From Planctomycetota bacterium (lineage in GTDB: Bacteria; Planctomycetota; SZUA-567; H5-PLA8), in NCBI GenBank assembly GCA_045863855.1, contig BTVV01000173.1:1-10536 (forward strand): 10,536 nt of DNA, written 5' to 3'. The position numbers and the translations under genes are program-made. Below the pieces are notes generated by a model, which saw nothing but the letters and a program-made list of their open reading frames with translations, did not search any database and had not been told where the DNA came from. This document shows, in pieces, positions 7,696 through 10,536 of the stretch (position 1 is its first letter; the number at the start of each line of letters is the position of its first letter).

Positions 7696-8397
7696 CTACT
7701 TCCCCGGCTTACGCAGCACGAGATTGGAGAAGCGCACGGTGCTTTGGTAGACCTGCAGCGCGAACTGGCCTTCGTTGGGAAGCGGGTCGGGGTCGGAGGC
7801 CATGGTTACGAGCTTGTCGTCGACGAACAAATAAAACTTGGATCCCAGACGCGCAGCGACCACGTGGTAGGTGCGATCCTTTTCGATGGTAAAGAGCCCG
7901 GTGAGTGCCTTCCATTTATAGTCGGGGCCTCGCTCGACGCCGGTTTGCGTGTTACCCCAGCCCCCCAACCCGAACAGGTAGAGCGGTTTCTCGGGTCGAG
8001 GATAGTTAGGCGCCTTTCCACTGAGCACAAAGTTGATGTCGTGGGCCGGGTCGCTCTCGCAAGCCGCATCGAATTCGATCACCAGATCGCCCTGAAACGA
8101 ACGATTAGTCCATAAGAACGAATCGGGGTAATTCTTGCCGGGGATGCCGATGACGCCTGGCTTCTCGCGCCCGGCAGCTTTTGCGGTATGCCACGCGCCT
8201 TCTTCGACCACCCATTCGTCGCCTAGTTCGGTGCGGTCAAAGTCATCCTTAAAGAGCACTTCGCCTGTGCGCAACTTCGAGCGGATGGTCGCCAATTTGC
8301 GAACCCATTCGTTCTCGGCGACCGTTTCTTCCGCTGCCGCGCGGAACCCCACGAACACCAACAGTAAGGACGCGAAGAAGCAGAGGGTTGAGCACAT
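7696..8397 (-). CDS. Secreted ConA-like/beta-jelly-roll protein (DUF1080/YesU-like), putative carbohydrate-active or -binding, 233 aa
   Basis: The real start is most likely ATG at 8397 (AAGGA RBS upstream), not 8883. Sec signal MCSTLCFFASLLLVFVGFRAAA. Typical jelly-roll landmarks: GEVLFKDDFD...W...EGAW, FQGDLVIEFDA, YHVVAARLGSKFYLFVDDKLV, EGQFALQVYQSTVRFSNLVLRK. Confidence 0.82.
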   Translation of the reverse strand: MCSTLCFFASLLLVFVGFRAAAEETVAENEWVRKLATIRSKLRTGEVLFKDDFDRTELGDEWVVEEGAWHTAKAAGREKPGVIGIPGKNYPDSFLWTNRSFQGDLVIEFDAACESDPAHDINFVLSGKAPNYPRPEKPLYLFGLGGWGNTQTGVERGPDYKWKALTGLFTIEKDRTYHVVAARLGSKFYLFVDDKLVTMASDPDPLPNEGQFALQVYQSTVRFSNLVLRKPGK

Positions 8398-8469
8398 GGG
8401 TGGAGTCCTTTCGTATGACCGAGTTACGCTGTAATGAGTCATGCTCTTGGAAGATATACTCTGCCGAAA

Positions 8470-8710
8470 GCTCCATGGAGACGAGCATATCTCCCAAGCG
8501 CTGAGTGGGCAGCCCGTTCTTCTCGGCCAGGACATCGGCCTCGGCCTTACGCAGGGCGTCCTGCGCCTGCTCCTTGGTGATCCCGGCCTTACGTCGGATC
8601 CAGCGCCCCGTGGCATCGGTATACTCGATGTACCACGCCTCTGTAATCTTCTCGACGCGCGTGCCGTCGGCTTTGGTCCATGCGTACTTTGGTTTGAACA
8701 CACGGCCAAT
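8470..8710 (-). pseudogene. Tyrosine integrase N-terminal (arm-binding) fragment
   Basis: Reads (I)GRVFKPKYAWTKADGTRVEKITEAWYIEYTDATGRWIRRKAGITKEQAQDALRKAEADVLAEKNGLP, the three-stranded WY.Y.D..G..RR plus helix pattern of integrase N-termini. No core-binding or catalytic (R...HxxR...Y) domain follows, and the frame continues as an out-of-frame overlap of the next gene. The 3' boundary is approximate. Confidence 0.72.
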
Positions 8711-8764
8711 AAGAGTGGCCTACTTTTGTCCGCACTGAGGGGCCAGTGGCGTAGAAGTGCAAGG

Positions 8765-9019
8765 CTATTCCCGGAGCACAGGCCGCTTACGATCGGCGGA
8801 CTTCCACTGCGCGAACGTAGCCGCAGGCGGACAGCCCTGGCGCACCCATTCGGCGATGTCGTCGGGAAAGAAGCGTGGCGCACGCGCGACGTACATGTGC
8901 GAGATACTCCCAGGCTGGTCCAAGGGCCTCGAGAGCTGCGCCCACAGCCAGCGCGGGCTACGGCGAATGTAGGCGACGCAGTCTTGTACGCGCTAGAGCG
9001 GAGAAGGAGAGGGGAGCAT
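8765..9019 (-). pseudogene. Excisionase/AlpA-like small HTH gene interrupted by TAG at codon 9
   Basis: Hand translation from ATG 9019 (AGGA upstream): MLPSPSPL*RVQDCVAYIRRSPRWLWAQLSRPLDQPGSISHMYVARAPRFFPDDIAEWVRQGCPPAATFAQWKSADRKRPVLRE*. This gives an HTH plus wing and a PRF.PDDI.EWV..GCP tail. It lies directly upstream of, and co-oriented with, the integrase stub. Confidence 0.72.
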
Positions 9020-9268
9020 TGATCTAGTTCCTGGCAAGAATCGGTCCGTGGTGTCCCCCTATATGTTTAGTACTCATGCATGGCCTCGAAACGTGTCAAC
9101 GAAATGTGAACTAAGGAAGTATTCTTGCTCGACAGGCAGGTACCCGATGAAACCAAGTTGTGAATGGGATGGGGAGGCATAGATTTTGTAGAGATCAAAT
9201 CACAGGAGCGGACAAGGGCTCGACATACAGGTAATCCCAGATTGATCCTTTGATCGGAGAGATGCTTC

Positions 9269-10536
9269 ATGAAGGAAGTTTTTAAGTCCACCGAAGAGGC
9301 CGTGAAATACGTGGCCACCGTGCCGCCCGCGCAGGGGGCGACGATGCAGGGTGTGCCTTTTGAAAAGAAAGATACCGTGAGGCTGGCGTTTGTCGGCGTT
9401 GGCGGGCGCGGACATGGGTTGCTGGGCGAGATGCTCGCCTGCGACGGGGCGAAGGTGGTGGCGGTCTCCGATCCGTCCGAAGCCAACCGCGTGCGCGCGA
9501 AAGAGCGCGTCGAGAAAGCCGGGCAGCCGACGCCGGCAATGGAAGCCGATTGGAAGATGGTCTGCGAGCGCGACGATGTCGACATCGTTTACATCGCTTC
9601 GCCGTGGGAGTTTCATACGCCTCAGGCCGTCTATGCCATGGAGCATGGCAAACACGCGGCGGTGGATGTGCCCGCCGCGACGACGCTGGCCGAGTGCTGG
9701 AAGCTGGTGGACACGTCCGAGAGGACACGCAAGCATTGCGTGATGCTGGAGAACTGCTGCTACGGCCAGACCGAGTTGATGGCCTTGAACATGGTACGCG
9801 CCGGCGTCTTCGGTACGATCACGCACGGCGAAGCCGCGTACATCCACGAGCTGCGCGGGTTGCTGTTGAGTAATGCCGGCGAAGGTATGTGGCGGCGCGA
9901 GCCACACAAGGACCGCTTGGGCAACCTGTATCCCACCCACGGCCTAGGCCCGGTGGCGTGGTACATGAATGTGCACCGTGGCGACCGCTTCACCAAGCTG
10001 GTCTCGATGAGCAGCCTGTCGGCGGCGTTGGACGAATACCGCGACGCTACGGTGCCGGCCGACGACCCGAAGCGCAAAGAGAAGTACACCTGCGGCGACA
10101 TGAATTCGTCTCTGATCCAGACGGCACGCGGACGGACGATCCTTTTGCAGCATGACGTCGTGACTCCGCGGCCGTATAGCCGGCTCAACCTGATCCAGGG
10201 CAGCAAGGGCACGCTGTGCGACTATCCCCCGCGCGTTTACATCGATGGCGGGCACCCTGGCAAGCACGAATGGCGGCCGCTGGACGAACTGAAGTCGCAG
10301 TACGAACATTCGTTTTGGCAGAAGTACGGCGAACTGGCCAAGAAAATCGGCGGCCACGGCGGTGTCGATTACATCATGAACTACCGGCTGGTGCAGACGA
10401 TGCGCGAGGGCTTGCCGCCGGACATGGATTGTTACGACGCGGCGGCGTGGAGCGCGCCCGGGCCGCTGTCGGATATATCGGTGGCCAATGGCAATCTCAC
10501 GCTGCCCTTCCCGGACTTCACGCGCGGACACTGGCA
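9269..10536 (+). CDS. GH109-family NAD+-dependent glycosidase (alpha-N-acetylgalactosaminidase-like, Gfo/Idh/MocA fold), runs off the window end
   Basis: ATG at 9269 follows GGAGAG, then 422 open codons to the window end. Motifs: Rossmann VRLAFVGVGGRG, IVYIASPWEFH, MLENCCY, HGEAAYIH, GNLYPTHGLGP, QHDVVTPRPYSR, GGHGG (10349-10363), MDCYDAAAWS and FPDFTRGHW. It is absent from the ORF track because there is no stop in the window. Confidence 0.95.
   Translation, partial: MKEVFKSTEEAVKYVATVPPAQGATMQGVPFEKKDTVRLAFVGVGGRGHGLLGEMLACDGAKVVAVSDPSEANRVRAKERVEKAGQPTPAMEADWKMVCERDDVDIVYIASPWEFHTPQAVYAMEHGKHAAVDVPAATTLAECWKLVDTSERTRKHCVMLENCCYGQTELMALNMVRAGVFGTITHGEAAYIHELRGLLLSNAGEGMWRREPHKDRLGNLYPTHGLGPVAWYMNVHRGDRFTKLVSMSSLSAALDEYRDATVPADDPKRKEKYTCGDMNSSLIQTARGRTILLQHDVVTPRPYSRLNLIQGSKGTLCDYPPRVYIDGGHPGKHEWRPLDELKSQYEHSFWQKYGELAKKIGGHGGVDYIMNYRLVQTMREGLPPDMDCYDAAAWSAPGPLSDISVANGNLTLPFPDFTRGHW

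Larger units (their letters stand above)
7405..9030 (-). mobile_element. Decayed tRNA-Arg-anchored integrative element remnant (xis-int-att arm)
   Basis: Combination of an xis-like pseudogene, an int stub pointing toward the tRNA 3' end, and arm-like repeats next to the tRNA. The distal att site is not found in the window, so the right boundary is unknown. Confidence 0.65.

Noticed and set aside
7696..8883. 395-aa ORF as called by the track
   Set aside because: The first 162 aa are an out-of-frame read across the xis/int relics. The RBS and signal peptide point to a start at 8397.
8441..9022. 193-aa plus-strand ORF
   Set aside because: It is the antisense shadow of the xis and int frames, with no recognisable domain.
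9049..9058. GGGGACACCA on the - strand, 9/10 identical to the tRNA 3' end, just upstream of the xis relic
   Set aside because: An att duplicate should be a direct repeat. This one is inverted, short and mismatched, so it is compatible with chance.
9067..10531. Several minus-strand ORFs (172, 246, 148, 150, 195 aa)
   Set aside because: These are antisense shadows of the GH109 gene.

Overview
GC-rich bacterial window, probably PVC superphylum (inferred from gene content and integrase style). It is a carbohydrate-processing neighbourhood wrapped around a tRNA integration site. The left part holds a 5'-truncated beta-helix (pectin-lyase-like) gene on +. On - follow a Tat-exported Cys-type sulfatase, a Tat-exported FN3 + metallophosphoesterase, and an unusual regulator fusing a sugar-binding-protein-like domain to an AraC HTH. 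After about 0.9 kb of lower-GC unexplained DNA comes an intact tRNA-Arg(CCT) at 7328-7404, flanked on both sides by short phased repeats resembling integrase/Xis arm sites. To its right is a decayed integrative element: an excisionase-like HTH gene with an in-frame TAG (missing from the ORF track) and an integrase N-terminal stub. An intact secreted ConA-like gene sits where the integrase catalytic core would be expected. The window ends in a GH109-type NAD+-dependent glycosidase (9269 to past the end, also missing from the ORF track). All calls come from motif recognition by eye; no searches were run.
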